A DNA stretch of 14,695 nt from Clostridia bacterium (GCA_045545475.1 JAZQAZ010000050.1:1-14695); one strand, 5' to 3'; counted from the stretch's first letter, positions 1 to 8,377 are shown. The notes: generated by a model from the sequence alone, not told the origin. Program-made: numbers and translations.

Positions 1-1
1 T

Positions 2-178
2 GCAGACTCCTCTCATAGGGACGTAGACCTGAGAATCTATGAAGATATCATTATTGAGACCATAAATAAAACTGTACCCGGGAAACATCCTTCTGTGCAC
101 AAGGACTGTTTCTTAACAGATAAGCTTAATCAAAGCGAGGCGGGAACTATAAACTTCACCTTATCTAGCTCGGATTGA
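2..178 (+). CDS. 3' end of a hypothetical protein (partial, starts before the window)
   Basis: Open frame from base 2 (ADSSHRDVDLRIYEDIIIETINKTVPGKHPSVHKDCFLTDKLNQSEAGTINFTLSSSD) to TGA at 176-178. Protein-like composition; no family assigned. Confidence 0.45.
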   Translation, partial: ADSSHRDVDLRIYEDIIIETINKTVPGKHPSVHKDCFLTDKLNQSEAGTINFTLSSSD

Positions 179-393
179 GCGAAAGGAATTTAAAACTTAT
201 ATATCAAAAATAGCAGGGCTTGGGAGGTCGAATGTTTCCGTTTATAATACATATCCGGAAAAACTATAACGGGATGAATTTTGCAGAAAAAATAAAAATA
301 ATAAGGCGTTATAATTTCCTTGGCATATCTGCTACCACACCCGACATATCAAGGCTATCCATATAGCAAATGACTCTATAATGAAAGGTGAAG

Positions 394-407
394 CGTCGCC
401 TCCACCA
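394..407 (+). other. Isolated tmRNA/tRNA-Ala-type 3' end fragment, candidate att-site remnant
   Basis: CGTCGCCTCCACCA. CGCCTCC-A-CCA is the 3' strand of an alanine-identity acceptor stem (pairs with 5' GGGGGCG, G3.U70). There is no T-loop or 5' half upstream, and hairpins follow directly. Confidence 0.5.
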
Positions 408-437
408 TTCATTTCCACGTCACGTGGGAAATTACAG

Positions 438-481
438 AAATACCCCTCTTAGCCAACCTTTACTGGCTAAGAGGGGTATTT
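438..481. terminator. Perfect 18-bp inverted repeat, probable terminator
   Basis: AAATACCCCTCTTAGCCA (438-455), 8-nt loop, TGGCTAAGAGGGGTATTT (464-481). Only a short T tail. Confidence 0.65.
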
Positions 482-630
482 GCTTGTCCTGTGAATGGAA
501 TAATCGGAATTGCTTATTTTATGAGAAAACAGCATTTTGATAAGTATCGACTCATTATATGGCGCCTGCAAAGCTTTTGGCAAGGATATCCTTTCTATAT
601 AGGAGACAAGTTAATTTTAAGTTAAAAAAT

Positions 631-662
631 AACAGCAGGAAATCATGTTTCCTGCTGTTTTT
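631..662. terminator. Bidirectional intrinsic terminator downstream of the AraC gene
   Basis: AACAGCAGGAAA (631-642), TCATG loop, TTTCCTGCTGTT (648-659). T run to the right and A run to the left; about 110 nt past the AraC stop. Confidence 0.75.
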
Positions 663-773
663 GCTCTTAGTGGGATGAAGGATTTTGCTTTTAGTTGATG
701 GACGTGTTTTCCCAATCTATAGAAATACGATTATCAAGTCCGATTTTTTATATACATACAATTTAACTTTTTA

Positions 774-1673
774 TTATTTGAGCTGACTTTTCCTGGTTTG
801 AGATATATAGATATTACGGTATTCTTTTGGAGTCATTCCTGTTTTTTGCTTGAAAAATCGGCATAGGTAGCCACTGTCACAATAACCCATTTTTTCTGAT
901 ATTTCATCAAGCGTAATTTTTGAATCATGAAGGAATGATTTTATACAATTTATTTTGTGAATATTCTTGTATTCCACAGGCGATATTCCGGCATAATTTC
1001 GGAAAAGGCGTTCGTAATGGCTGATACTTATGTTGTGGCTTGCGGCAATGTCTTTAATGCTTTTTGCGGGCGATGAACACTCTTCAAGATATTTTATGCT
1101 GTTTTCGATAATGCTTATATCCGAGTAGCTATTTTTTTCTATAAGGCAGTTACTCGCTATTGTGTTAAATATGTCATATGCGGCAGTGTATACTGACAAT
1201 GGCAATGAATGTTCAGTATTAAATGCATCAATCAAAGATAGAAATAGATTTCTATACAGCGACGAGTAGCGTGTGGTAACAATCATAACATTTTTGCTAA
1301 AAAAGATGTGATCGCCACTGTCTTGTGTACATATAAAAGCTTTTTTGGGAGTGTCTCCCCTGTGTACATCTATACAACTTAATGTAAATTCAAATAAAAG
1401 ATTTTCCTGGAAGTTGTCATTTCCCGACGGAGAGTTTTCCCAGACATACTGACACCCCTGAGGTATGTAAACAAGAGTTCCGTGAGGAATATTCAACGGA
1501 GGCAGATTATTTTGATAACAAACGCCGGTGGTGTTTGAAAAGAACAAAAGCGCATCTGTTTGGCGCGGAGCAGACATTGTAAAATTTGTTTTTCCGCTGC
1601 TGATCTGCCTGCTTGCGAAAATGTTTGATATATTGAAAAAATATCGGTTAAGTTCAGAAAAATCAAGAAGCAT
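774..1673 (-). CDS. AraC/XylS-family transcriptional regulator (299 aa)
   Basis: C-terminal double HTH (SIKDIAASHNISISHYERLFRNYAGISP ... EISEKMGYCDSGYLCRFFKQKTGMTPKEYR) and a cupin-like N-terminus. Start moved from 1688 to the ATG at 1673 because GGAGG (1686-1682) lies 8 nt upstream. Confidence 0.93.
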   Translation of the reverse strand: MLLDFSELNRYFFNISNIFASRQISSGKTNFTMSAPRQTDALLFFSNTTGVCYQNNLPPLNIPHGTLVYIPQGCQYVWENSPSGNDNFQENLLFEFTLSCIDVHRGDTPKKAFICTQDSGDHIFFSKNVMIVTTRYSSLYRNLFLSLIDAFNTEHSLPLSVYTAAYDIFNTIASNCLIEKNSYSDISIIENSIKYLEECSSPAKSIKDIAASHNISISHYERLFRNYAGISPVEYKNIHKINCIKSFLHDSKITLDEISEKMGYCDSGYLCRFFKQKTGMTPKEYRNIYISQTRKSQLK

Positions 1674-1714
1674 TTTGAATACCTCCAAGATATAATGGTT
1701 TAATTGTTTTCACA

Positions 1715-1743
1715 ATTATAACACGAAAATCTTTTATTGTAAA
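1715..1743 (-). promoter_or_regulatory. SigmaA-type promoter for the AraC gene
   Basis: Minus strand: TTTACA (1743-1738), 17-nt spacer ending TGt, TATAAT (1720-1715). Near-consensus -35 plus extended -10. Confidence 0.75.
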
Positions 1744-1821
1744 GAGCGGTCGGAAAAAGTCCAACTATTTGCGTATATAATCCATTGTTTTTGTATTAAT
1801 GGTATTATATAATTATGGCAG

Positions 1822-1869
1822 AATGCAAATCCGGATTGCATTTTATAAAATATAGATTAAAGGTATAAT
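1822..1869 (+). promoter_or_regulatory. Candidate operator palindrome and -10 box for the amino-sugar operon
   Basis: AATGCAAATCCGGATTGCATT (1822-1842) is palindromic except for one extra A. TATAAT at 1864-1869 has a poor -35 (TTTTAT) at 17-nt spacing. Confidence 0.45.
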
Positions 1870-1891
1870 GCAAAATAAAGGAGGAAGTAAC

Positions 1892-3163
1892 TTGAGTAAG
1901 AAAATTTCTGTTGCAATACTTGGTTCCGGTTCGCGCGGATGTGCGTTTGGCCAGGAAGTGCAAAACGATAACGAGCGTTATGAACTTTCGGCTGTTTGTG
2001 ATATAAATCCCAAACAGCTTGCAAAAGCAAAAAAGCTTTTTAGTCTTTCTGACGAACAAATATTTTCAGATGAGGAAAGCTTTTTTTCGGAAAAAAGGGC
2101 TGATTTAATGGTTATTGCCACACATGACAAGTACCATGCTCGCCAATGTGTTCGAGCCATGAAAATGGGATATGATGTGTTTATGGAAAAACCAATCAGC
2201 GATTCAAGGGAAGAAATCTATGATTTGCTTAAAACACAAAAAGAAACAGGTAAAGTCGTTATGGTTTGCCATGAGCTCAGATATGGTCCTGCGTTTGATA
2301 AATTACACGACCTGATTATCGACAATGTTATCGGGGAGGTGGTAGCAATCGATGCCATGGAACGTGTAACATATTGGCATCAGGCTCAAGCCTATGTCAG
2401 AATACAATCGGAGGTTAATGATGTTGCACATCCGACGATACTTGCAAAATGCAGTCATGATTTGGATTTGCTGCACTATTATGCAGGGGCGGAATGCGAT
2501 ACTGTATCATCTGTCGGAGATCTGAAATTTTTCAGAATTCAAAATGCGCCGAAGGATTCAACGGAGCGGTGTTTGGAGTGCCCTCATGTCGACACCTGTG
2601 CTTTCAGTGCAAAAAGGATATATATAGACAGATGGAAGGAAAGAGGATGTCCTGAATTTGTTTGGCCGTTCAATAAGGTAACCTTAAAAATTCCTACGGA
2701 TGAGCAGGCTCTTTATGAGGGGCTGCGTAATACTTGTTTTGGTAAATGCGTTTTCCGATGCGGTGTGGAAAGCAATAAACACGTTGTTGATCATCAGTTG
2801 GTACAAATGATGTTTAAAAACGGTGTTGCGGCTACTTTGAAAATGGTGTTTGCCGGCGAGTCCGGAAGACGAATTAACATTTTCGGTACACACGGCGAGT
2901 TGCTTTTGGATGAGAGAAATGGAACTATTGAAGTATATCGCTACGGAGAGAAGAAAGAGGTTATAGAATTTAAAACCTTGATGGAGAACGGTCATAGTCA
3001 CGGAGGCGGAGATGTCCTAATAATAAAAGATTTGTATTCTGTTTTGAACGGGGGTGGGGAAGGCAGAACCTCGCTCATGGACTCTATAGAGGCTCATTTA
3101 ATGGGAATCAGTGCAGAAGAATCAAGATTAAATGGCGGAATTACGGTGAAGGTTCATGAATGA
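1892..3163 (+). CDS. Gfo/Idh/MocA-family NAD(P)-dependent oxidoreductase (423 aa)
   Basis: Rossmann motif ILGSGSRG, EKPI motif, KCSHDLD catalytic segment, C-terminal HGGGD. TTG start at 1892 preferred because AAGGAGG is at 1878-1884. Confidence 0.92.
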   Translation: MSKKISVAILGSGSRGCAFGQEVQNDNERYELSAVCDINPKQLAKAKKLFSLSDEQIFSDEESFFSEKRADLMVIATHDKYHARQCVRAMKMGYDVFMEKPISDSREEIYDLLKTQKETGKVVMVCHELRYGPAFDKLHDLIIDNVIGEVVAIDAMERVTYWHQAQAYVRIQSEVNDVAHPTILAKCSHDLDLLHYYAGAECDTVSSVGDLKFFRIQNAPKDSTERCLECPHVDTCAFSAKRIYIDRWKERGCPEFVWPFNKVTLKIPTDEQALYEGLRNTCFGKCVFRCGVESNKHVVDHQLVQMMFKNGVAATLKMVFAGESGRRINIFGTHGELLLDERNGTIEVYRYGEKKEVIEFKTLMENGHSHGGGDVLIIKDLYSVLNGGGEGRTSLMDSIEAHLMGISAEESRLNGGITVKVHE

Positions 3164-4349
3164 TTGCATTATTTTAAAAAATTGTAGGATCATAGGAGAC
3201 AGATCTATCCGGGAAGACAGCAGTATTTTGATTCAAAATGGTATTATTGCCGATATTAGTGATATTGCCGGGTTTGAAGCAAGTGAGTATGCAAAAGTAT
3301 ATGATATGAAGGGTAATTATGTCAGCGCAGGGTTTGTGGATATCCATACGCACGGTGGAGGCGGTGCTGATTTTATGGACGCGACAGACGATGCGTTCGA
3401 CACCGCTTTAGGATATCAGCTTGAAAACGGAGTTACGGGGGTGGTTGCAACCTCTCTGACTGCGGCATATGAGGATATATGTTGTTTTATGGACAAGGCA
3501 AGAGAATATATGGAGGTTCCGCACACCAAGAAGTCAAAGCTTCTTGGTGTGCATTTGGAAGGACCGTTTATATCTGTGAAAGGCTGCGGCGCACAAAATC
3601 CCAAATATCTTATGAATCCGAATAAAGATTCTTACAGCTTTATTATTAAAAACAGAGATATAATCAAAATAGTTACAATTGCGCCGGAATTGGACACGGA
3701 CGGGAGCATGACGCGGGAGCTTACTGAAAACGGCATTTTGGTGTCGGGAGGTCATGATGACGGTGCATATCCGGAATTTGTTCCTGCATTTAAGTCGGGT
3801 TTGAAACACATGACGCATATATATTGTGCAATGTCGGGTTTTGGAACAAAAGCAGGAGTCAGAGAAATAGGACTTAGGGAATATGGGCTTATGACAGATA
3901 ACGTCACCTGTGAAATTATTGCGGATAATATTCATATAACTCCCGAAATGGCAAGGTTTATTTTAAAGTATAAGGGGGCTGATAATGTTGCGGTGGTATC
4001 GGACTCGCTGCGATGCGCCGGTATGCCGGCAGACGGACGCTTATATAATCTGGGGTCAAAATACGACAGTGCATCGTTGAAAGTAAAGGTTTCCGACGGG
4101 ATTGCAATGCTTGCTGATGGCAGTAAGTTTGCCGGAAGCATAACAAGTGTGCATAAAATGGTGAAAAATTTGATAAATGCCGGTATTCCTGTTGTGGATG
4201 CGTTTAAGACGGGAACGTCGGTGCCGGCACGTATTATAGGTGAAAAGAAGATAGGCAGCGTTAAAAAAGGTTTTGCTGCTGATCTTTGTGAGCTTAATGA
4301 AAATTTCGATATTGTTTCGGTCTTTTTGGACGGAAAGAAAGTAAAATAA
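3156..4349 (+). CDS. nagA: N-acetylglucosamine-6-phosphate deacetylase family amidohydrolase
   Basis: GFVDIHTHGGGG, GVHLEGPF, VTIAPE, THIYCAM, IADNIH, VSDS, FAGS motifs. Overlaps the upstream gene by 8 nt. Confidence 0.9.
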   Translation: MNDCIILKNCRIIGDRSIREDSSILIQNGIIADISDIAGFEASEYAKVYDMKGNYVSAGFVDIHTHGGGGADFMDATDDAFDTALGYQLENGVTGVVATSLTAAYEDICCFMDKAREYMEVPHTKKSKLLGVHLEGPFISVKGCGAQNPKYLMNPNKDSYSFIIKNRDIIKIVTIAPELDTDGSMTRELTENGILVSGGHDDGAYPEFVPAFKSGLKHMTHIYCAMSGFGTKAGVREIGLREYGLMTDNVTCEIIADNIHITPEMARFILKYKGADNVAVVSDSLRCAGMPADGRLYNLGSKYDSASLKVKVSDGIAMLADGSKFAGSITSVHKMVKNLINAGIPVVDAFKTGTSVPARIIGEKKIGSVKKGFAADLCELNENFDIVSVFLDGKKVK

Positions 4350-4364
4350 ATTTTATGAAGGGAA

Positions 4365-5162
4365 ATGAACATTATGGAACACAATAAAATTAAGCTTAGA
4401 GTTTTAGAAAATGATGATGCAGTCAATTTGGATATGGCGCTTGATATGTTGGCGGAAATTATGAAAAATAATGAAAGGGGAAAGCGAACAGTATTTATTG
4501 TACCGGTTGGACCTACAAAGCAGTATTCGATTTTAGCGGCGATGGTAAATAAGCTTAATATTTCATTAAAAAACGTATGGTTTTTCAATATGGACGAGTA
4601 TCTCATATCTCCGACAGAAGCAATTTCGTCCGAACATTTTCTGAGCTTTAAAAAGCGCATGAATGACGAATTTTATGCGCGGGTTGATGAGGCGCTTATA
4701 ATGCCGAAGGAACAAAGGCTGTTTCCGATTCCGGGAAGAGAAAAGGAATATGATGAGCTTTTAAAATCTCTCGGTGGTGCGGATGTGTGCTATGGGGGAC
4801 TCGGCATTAACGGTCATATTGCGTTTAATGAGGCGGCAGAAAAGGATGATCCGATAACCTGTGAGGAATTTGCAAATCTCAGCACACGCGTGCTCCCGGT
4901 CAGCCGTGAAACAATAGCCATAAACGGAGCCGCATATCTACATGGAGATATTATGGCAATGCCGAAATGGTGTATCACAATAGGCATGAAGCAGATAATG
5001 GAATCAAAAAGAATTTATTTATCGACAGGTGCGGCATGGCATCCGGGAATATTAAAGCATGTACTTAACGACAAACCGCAGCCGCAGATACCGTCAACCA
5101 TTTTGCAAAAACACGGGAACGTATTATTCTGCACAAATAAAAGTATTGCGGAACTGATTTAA
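4365..5162 (+). CDS. Glucosamine/galactosamine-6-phosphate isomerase (NagB-like) family protein, atypical subgroup
   Basis: FFNMDEY, GGLGINGHIAFNE, ITIGMKQI, PSTILQKH motifs. Has PVGPT where canonical NagB has ATGST/PTGST. Confidence 0.85.
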   Translation: MNIMEHNKIKLRVLENDDAVNLDMALDMLAEIMKNNERGKRTVFIVPVGPTKQYSILAAMVNKLNISLKNVWFFNMDEYLISPTEAISSEHFLSFKKRMNDEFYARVDEALIMPKEQRLFPIPGREKEYDELLKSLGGADVCYGGLGINGHIAFNEAAEKDDPITCEEFANLSTRVLPVSRETIAINGAAYLHGDIMAMPKWCITIGMKQIMESKRIYLSTGAAWHPGILKHVLNDKPQPQIPSTILQKHGNVLFCTNKSIAELI

Positions 5163-5234
5163 CAGTGCGTTGGAAATGAACTGTTCATTGAGCAAAAAAA
5201 CGGGAATTGTGCACCTATATAACTGAAACGTGCA

Positions 5235-5263
5235 TGGACAAAACGTTGTAGGTATGTTATTTT
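5235..5263 (+). promoter_or_regulatory. Candidate sigmaA promoter for the 5300 ORF
   Basis: TGGACA (5235-5240), 17-nt spacer ending TGt, TATTTT (5258-5263). Confidence 0.45.
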
Positions 5264-5299
5264 GTTATTGAAGAGCGGATGTTGGAAATGGGGATTTGT

Positions 5300-5653
5300 A
5301 TGAAGTGTTTTCAAATCGATTTAAATGAGCTTCCTAAGGTTGCGTTGTGGGGAAAAAAAGACAGAACAATGCTTCCGGCACGCTTTGTGGCAGAAAGCCT
5401 CGGTGCTACTGTTACCTGGGATGAAGCAAGCAGAAAGGTTATTATTGCTAAAAACAGCCTTTTAATTGAAATTACCATTGACTCAGATACTGCTTTGGTA
5501 AACGGCAGAATTACGCCCTTGGATTCTCCGGCGTTTATAGAAAATGACAGAACATATATGCCTCTTCGTTTTATAGTTGAAAATCTCGGAGCGACTGTTA
5601 TCTGGGATAAGTCGGAGCAGAAAGTGACCATTACTGTTAAGTTTCCTGTTTGA
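5300..5653 (+). CDS. Copper amine oxidase N-terminal (stalk) domain protein, probably a fusion remnant (117 aa)
   Basis: Two internal repeats typical of this domain: DRTMLPARFVAESLGATVTWD and DRTYMPLRFIVENLGATVIWD. No signal peptide or other domain. ATG at 5300 follows GGGG; 5279 is an alternative start. Confidence 0.75.
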   Translation: MKCFQIDLNELPKVALWGKKDRTMLPARFVAESLGATVTWDEASRKVIIAKNSLLIEITIDSDTALVNGRITPLDSPAFIENDRTYMPLRFIVENLGATVIWDKSEQKVTITVKFPV

Positions 5654-5711
5654 TCAAAAAACTTCGTGTGTAAGCGGGAAAACAAATGCACAGAAGTCTA
5701 GATTGTCTTGC

Positions 5712-5750
5712 AAGCGACCTTTTGAATCAAAAAATTAAGAGGTCGCTTTT
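5712..5750 (+). terminator. Intrinsic terminator
   Basis: AAGCGACCT (5712-5720) pairs with AGGTCGCTT (5740-5748); the stem extends inward and is followed by a T-rich tail. Confidence 0.7.
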
Positions 5751-5795
5751 GTGTAAGTTTTGTCGTGTTTGTCTATTTAAAAAAATATAAGTATA

Positions 5796-5804
5796 TGTTA
5801 TGAT
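5796..5804 (+). promoter_or_regulatory. Extended -10 element for the large catabolic operon
   Basis: TGtTATGAT about 40 nt before the start at 5845. The -35 position reads TTTAAA (weak), compatible with activator dependence. Confidence 0.45.
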
Positions 5805-5844
5805 TAGGCTAGAATGATGAAGAAAAATATTTTGGAGGATTTAT

Positions 5845-6900
5845 ATGAAAAAAGTGCGTCTTGATGAACTTAAGGCTTTCTCCGTAAAGGCACTCGTTAA
5901 AGTGGGAGTAAGTGAAGAAAATGCAGAAATTATAGCCGATGTTTTAATGACAACTGATACTTTCGGTGTTTTAACACACGGGACAAAAAATCTGGGGCAG
6001 TATATAGATAAAATGAAGGCGGGCGGATTAGATGCTGAAGCCGAGCCATCAATAGTGAGAGAAGGACCTGCCTGGGCAATCGTAAACGGAAACAAGGCGG
6101 CAGGTATGGTTTCCGGATACAAGGCGATGAAGATGGCTATCCAGAAAGCTAAAAAAGTCGGTATTGCATATGTGGGAGTTAAAAACAGCTGTCACTTCGG
6201 TGCAGCAGGCTTCTATGCAAATCTGGCGGCAAAGGAAGGACTCATAGGCATATCTATGAGTAATGCTGATCCGGTTATTGCAGTTCCCGGAGGAAGCAAA
6301 AAAGCAATCGGTACTAATCCCTTTTCTTTTGCAGCACCGACTGGCGACGGAAAGAGTGTATTTTTAGATATTGCATTAAGTAATGTTGCGGCACTTAAGG
6401 TCATAATGGCGCAGGAGAAGAAACAGGAAATTCCCGACACCTGGCTGGTTGATGAAGAGGGCGTTCCTACGAAGGATGCTTACAAATTCCCGAAAAATGC
6501 AAGTCTTCAGCCTATGGGAGCACACAAGGGCTACGGCCTTGCGGTGCTGGTCGAAATTCTTGCTTCGGTAATAACCGGTGCGGGTATGCTTTCTGAGATA
6601 GCGAGCTGGAATCTGGATCTTGCATCCACCAATAATGCGGGACACGCATTTATTGCAGTTGATGTAGCTCAGATGATTGGCACAGATGAGTTTAATGCAA
6701 GAATGAAACAGGTCTCAGACGAGCTTAAAAACGGCCCAAAGGCAAAGGGTGCGTCAAGAATATTTATGCCCGGTGAAATGGAATGGGAAAAGAGAGATAA
6801 AGCTCTTGCTTCGGGTGAAATTGAAATCACCGATGCTATGGTGGCATCCCTTACAAAGCTTTCTTCCGATACAGGCGTGGAAATTAACATTTACGAATAA
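5845..6900 (+). CDS. Ldh_2-family (AllD/YiaK/ComC-like) 2-hydroxyacid dehydrogenase
   Basis: GVLTHG, NSCHFGAAG, IGTNPF, LDIALS, PMGAHKGYGL, MPGE motifs; GGAGG RBS. Confidence 0.92.
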   Translation: MKKVRLDELKAFSVKALVKVGVSEENAEIIADVLMTTDTFGVLTHGTKNLGQYIDKMKAGGLDAEAEPSIVREGPAWAIVNGNKAAGMVSGYKAMKMAIQKAKKVGIAYVGVKNSCHFGAAGFYANLAAKEGLIGISMSNADPVIAVPGGSKKAIGTNPFSFAAPTGDGKSVFLDIALSNVAALKVIMAQEKKQEIPDTWLVDEEGVPTKDAYKFPKNASLQPMGAHKGYGLAVLVEILASVITGAGMLSEIASWNLDLASTNNAGHAFIAVDVAQMIGTDEFNARMKQVSDELKNGPKAKGASRIFMPGEMEWEKRDKALASGEIEITDAMVASLTKLSSDTGVEINIYE

Positions 6901-6930
6901 TTAAATTTAATATATGAATGGAGAATTATC

Positions 6931-7584
6931 ATGGATAAAACAATGTACGGCATAATCAAAACAACAGCAATCTGCCCCATTATGGTGGCACCCGATCCCG
7001 ATTTTGCAGCTGATGCGGCAAAGGCAATTGCAGAGGGCGGTCTTCCCGTTTGTGAAGTTCTTCTTCACAGAGACGAGCATTCTGTTACAAGAATAAAGAA
7101 CATCGCTAAAAATGCACCCGAGGTAATTGTCGGTGCAGGTACTGTTATATCTTTAAGAGATGCCCAGGAGGCATTAGATGCCGGTGCAAAATTCTGTGTA
7201 GCTCCCGGCTTTGTTCCCGAGGTTGTTGAATTTTGCTTAAAGAACAACTTATCCATCCTTCCCGGATGCACAACAGCTTCCGAAATTTCAATGGCACTTA
7301 ACTACGGAATAAACATATTAAAGTTCTTCCCCGTATATCAGATGGGCGGAGTAGACACCCTTTCCCAGTACTATTACGGCCCCTTCGGTAAGGTTGAATG
7401 GGTTGTAACCGGCGGTCTTAACGGCAAGAACTATTTAGACCTCATCAAGTTCAACAGCGTGCTTGCGGCAGGCGGCGACTGGATGTTTGCCGAGAATAAT
7501 GCAATCAACGACAAAAACTACGATGCAATCGTTGAAAATATGAGAAGAACAATAAAGGATTCTCTCGCTGCAAGAGCGAAATAA
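6931..7584 (+). CDS. eda: KDPG/KHG aldolase (Eda) family, divergent
   Basis: VGAGTV, LPGCTTASE, Schiff-base Lys in LKFFP (K131), TGG and catalytic E42. GGDW replaces the usual GGSW. Confidence 0.85.
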   Translation: MDKTMYGIIKTTAICPIMVAPDPDFAADAAKAIAEGGLPVCEVLLHRDEHSVTRIKNIAKNAPEVIVGAGTVISLRDAQEALDAGAKFCVAPGFVPEVVEFCLKNNLSILPGCTTASEISMALNYGINILKFFPVYQMGGVDTLSQYYYGPFGKVEWVVTGGLNGKNYLDLIKFNSVLAAGGDWMFAENNAINDKNYDAIVENMRRTIKDSLAARAK

Positions 7585-7600
7585 GAAAGTGGGGCTTTTT

Positions 7601-8377
7601 ATGAGTTGCTCATTTGATTTTAAGGGTAAAACCGTTCTGATAACAGGTGCCGAGCGGGGAATTGGTCTTGAAATTGCAAAGGGCTTTGCAAAAAGAGGTG
7701 CAAATATTGTTATCGCAGGCATTATGGATGAGGAATTTCCCAATGCTGAAAAGGAAATAACAGCCCTTGGTGCAGAATGCTTTTGCATCCACACCGATGT
7801 GGCGGATGAAGAATCTGTTATAAATGCAGTTAGTAGTGCCTGGGACAAGTTTACAAAAATTGATATTCTTGTAAATAATGCAGGCATCAACAAGCTTGCA
7901 CCGGCAGAGGAAATGCCTCTTTCTACCTGGCAGAGAATTATGGATGTAAATTTAACGGGTACATTTTTAATGTGCCGTGAGGTGGGAAAAAGGATGCTTT
8001 CTGCGGGCGGCGGAAACATAGTTAACGTTGCCTCTATGTCGGGCCTTATCGTAAACCCCCTTCCGCAGACACAGTGTGCATATAACAGCTCCAAGGCGGG
8101 CGTTATTATGCTTACAAAGGTGCTTGCCAACGAATGGGCAGAGCGAGGCATAAGAGTAAACGCCATTGCTCCGGGCTTTACGGAAACACCCCTTACTGCA
8201 AAGAGACTTTCCGTGCCCGACGATCCTGCGGTTAAAAAATGGATTGGCGGAACACCTATGGGACGCGTGGCTCAGCCTTCCGAAATGGTGGGCCTTGTAT
8301 TATACTTTGCAAGCGACTTATCTACCTTTACAACAGGAACCTGCGTGCCCGTTGACGGCGGATATACAGTATTATAA
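7601..8377 (+). CDS. Short-chain dehydrogenase/reductase, polyol dehydrogenase/ketose reductase-like (258 aa)
   Basis: TGAERGIG, VNNAG, ASMSG, YNSSK, RVNAIAPG, VDGGY. ATG at 7601 preferred over GTG at 7589 because GGGG lies at 7591-7594. Confidence 0.92.
   Translation: MSCSFDFKGKTVLITGAERGIGLEIAKGFAKRGANIVIAGIMDEEFPNAEKEITALGAECFCIHTDVADEESVINAVSSAWDKFTKIDILVNNAGINKLAPAEEMPLSTWQRIMDVNLTGTFLMCREVGKRMLSAGGGNIVNVASMSGLIVNPLPQTQCAYNSSKAGVIMLTKVLANEWAERGIRVNAIAPGFTETPLTAKRLSVPDDPAVKKWIGGTPMGRVAQPSEMVGLVLYFASDLSTFTTGTCVPVDGGYTVL

Noticed and set aside
309-362. Small minus-strand ORF MDSLDMSGVVADMPRKL
   Set aside because: Only 17 codons, with no convincing RBS or motif.
340-407. Intact tRNA or tmRNA gene ending in CCA at 407
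   Set aside because: No GTTCRA T-loop and no complementary GGGGGCG 5' strand upstream; only the 3' fragment is present.
438-481. IS/MITE terminal inverted repeats or CRISPR repeat
   Set aside because: A single hairpin with an 8-nt loop; no transposase, target duplication or repeat-spacer array seen in the window.
3932-4660. 242-aa minus-strand ORF and the other short antisense or alternate-frame ORFs in the track
   Set aside because: They overlap well-supported genes and have no recognisable motifs.
5161-5185. Terminator after the NagB-like gene (AACAGT...ACTGTT)
   Set aside because: Short AT-rich stem, large loop and no U tract; too weak to call.
5300-5653. Copper amine oxidase enzyme
   Set aside because: Only the non-catalytic N-terminal-like domain is present.
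5845-6900. Specific call as comC, allD or yiaK
   Set aside because: Family motifs are clear, but the substrate subgroup cannot be determined by eye.
7435-8166. 243-aa minus-strand ORF
   Set aside because: Antisense shadow of the SDR gene, a common artifact; no RBS or independent motifs.
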